Positions 63,105-64,000 of a DNA stretch of 64,000 nt are shown here, piece after piece. The notes below the pieces were generated by a model. It was not told where the DNA came from. It made no database searches and saw only the letters and a list, made by a program, of their open reading frames with translations. Where the stretch lies: positions 96,001 through 160,000 of the forward strand of contig JBGANV010000001.1 in the NCBI GenBank assembly GCA_044222185.1, in the 5' to 3' direction. The stretch comes from Planctomycetota bacterium. GTDB lineage: Bacteria > Planctomycetota > GCA-002687715 > CAIWVZ01. A program made the translations under genes and the position numbers. Numbering within the stretch: the stretch's first letter is position 1; each line of letters opens with the position of its first letter.

Positions 63105-64000
63105 TGGGCCTAGCCACCGAACCAGCCGCAGCCGGGCCTGAGCCAAGAGCGATGGACTGGGAAGGCTTCTTTCGAGCGTTCCGCGAGCCGGACTTCGTTC
63201 CCGGATATCAGATCCTGAACAAGCTCGGTGGCGGTGTATTCGGCGACGTCTACAAGGCGCGGAAGACGTCGATAGGGAAGTTCTATGCCGTCAAGTTCCT
63301 CAAGGTCCTCGACGAGCAGACTCGCGACGACGTTCTTCGCGAGCTGAAGTCCGTCGACGCCTTCGCCCAGGTCGATCATCCCCATCTCGTGTCCATCGAG
63401 GACAAGGGCGAGGTGAAGGGCATTCCCTACATCGTGATGAGCTACGCCGGAGACGAAACGCTCCGCACGCGACTGTCACAGGGGCCGCTGCCGGTGCCGA
63501 CGGCCTATCAGCTCTTCGGCCAGATCCTGCAGGGAGTCTCGGCACTTCACGAGCGATCGATCATTCACTTCGATCTGAAGCCGGCGAACGTCTTCCTCAA
63601 GGGGGAGGTTGCACGCGTCGGTGACTACGGCCTCTCGAAACTCGTCACGCAAACGGCGCGCACACTCTCCATGGGCCGAGGAACTCCGGCGTACATGGCC
63701 CCCGAGATGCTCCAGCGCAAGGGCGATGCGCGGTCAGACGTCTACTCGCTTGGCGCCATGCTCTTCGAGATGCTCGCCGGCAGGGCGCCGTTCGAAGGCG
63801 AGAGCGAGTGGGAAGTCCTCAAGAAACACGAGACGGCACCGGTCGTGTTCCCGGTCGCCATACCGGACGCCGTTCGTCCGCTCATCACGCAGGCGCTGGC
63901 GAAGGAGCCGGAGCGGAGGTTCAGGGACGCTGCCGCGATGATGAGGGCGTTCGAGGCAAGCATTGGTCAGTCGAACAGCGGGTCCGTGGCGATTCCGCCC
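63104..64000 (+). CDS. Ser/Thr protein kinase (runs off window; alternative start 63152)
   Basis: Manual translation: LGGGVFGDVY, YAVKF, HFDLKPAN, DYG, YMAPE, SDVYSLG; TGATG overlap with upstream gene. Confidence 0.9.
   Translation, partial: MGLATEPAAAGPEPRAMDWEGFFRAFREPDFVPGYQILNKLGGGVFGDVYKARKTSIGKFYAVKFLKVLDEQTRDDVLRELKSVDAFAQVDHPHLVSIEDKGEVKGIPYIVMSYAGDETLRTRLSQGPLPVPTAYQLFGQILQGVSALHERSIIHFDLKPANVFLKGEVARVGDYGLSKLVTQTARTLSMGRGTPAYMAPEMLQRKGDARSDVYSLGAMLFEMLAGRAPFEGESEWEVLKKHETAPVVFPVAIPDAVRPLITQALAKEPERRFRDAAAMMRAFEASIGQSNSGSVAIPP

Overview
GC-rich chromosomal window from a bacterium whose 16S/5S signatures point to a deep-branching, probably uncultured Planctomycetota lineage. In order it contains: the 3' end of a complex I operon (nuoL partial, nuoM, nuoN) followed by a hypothetical gene, an IT-superfamily Na+/H+ antiporter and an MBL hydrolase; a complete linked rRNA operon (16S-tRNAIle-tRNAAla-23S-5S); a 1.5 kb gene-poor patch with a 14-bp minisatellite and an orphan IS66 tnpA-like ORF; lexA preceded by a 34-aa hydrophobic ORF; nadB-hflX; mixed envelope and transport genes; an LPS cluster (lpxK, lpxL-like, rfaE1, rfaE2, waaF); two Ser/Thr kinase/FHA signalling modules; a double-length uvrA translationally coupled to a bacterial XPB helicase and an XPB-partner gene; a 750-aa GreA; Trm112, HIT, tRNA-Leu(CAA) and a CDF transporter. 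The strongest leads are (1) the uvrA(x2)-XPB-partner operon, (2) a 26-aa duplication in the NuoL lateral helix, the hallmark of four-pump '2M' complex I, although only one nuoM is visible here, and (3) the small membrane peptide and 11-bp phased repeats at the lexA promoter. All calls are from motif recognition by eye; no database searches were run.
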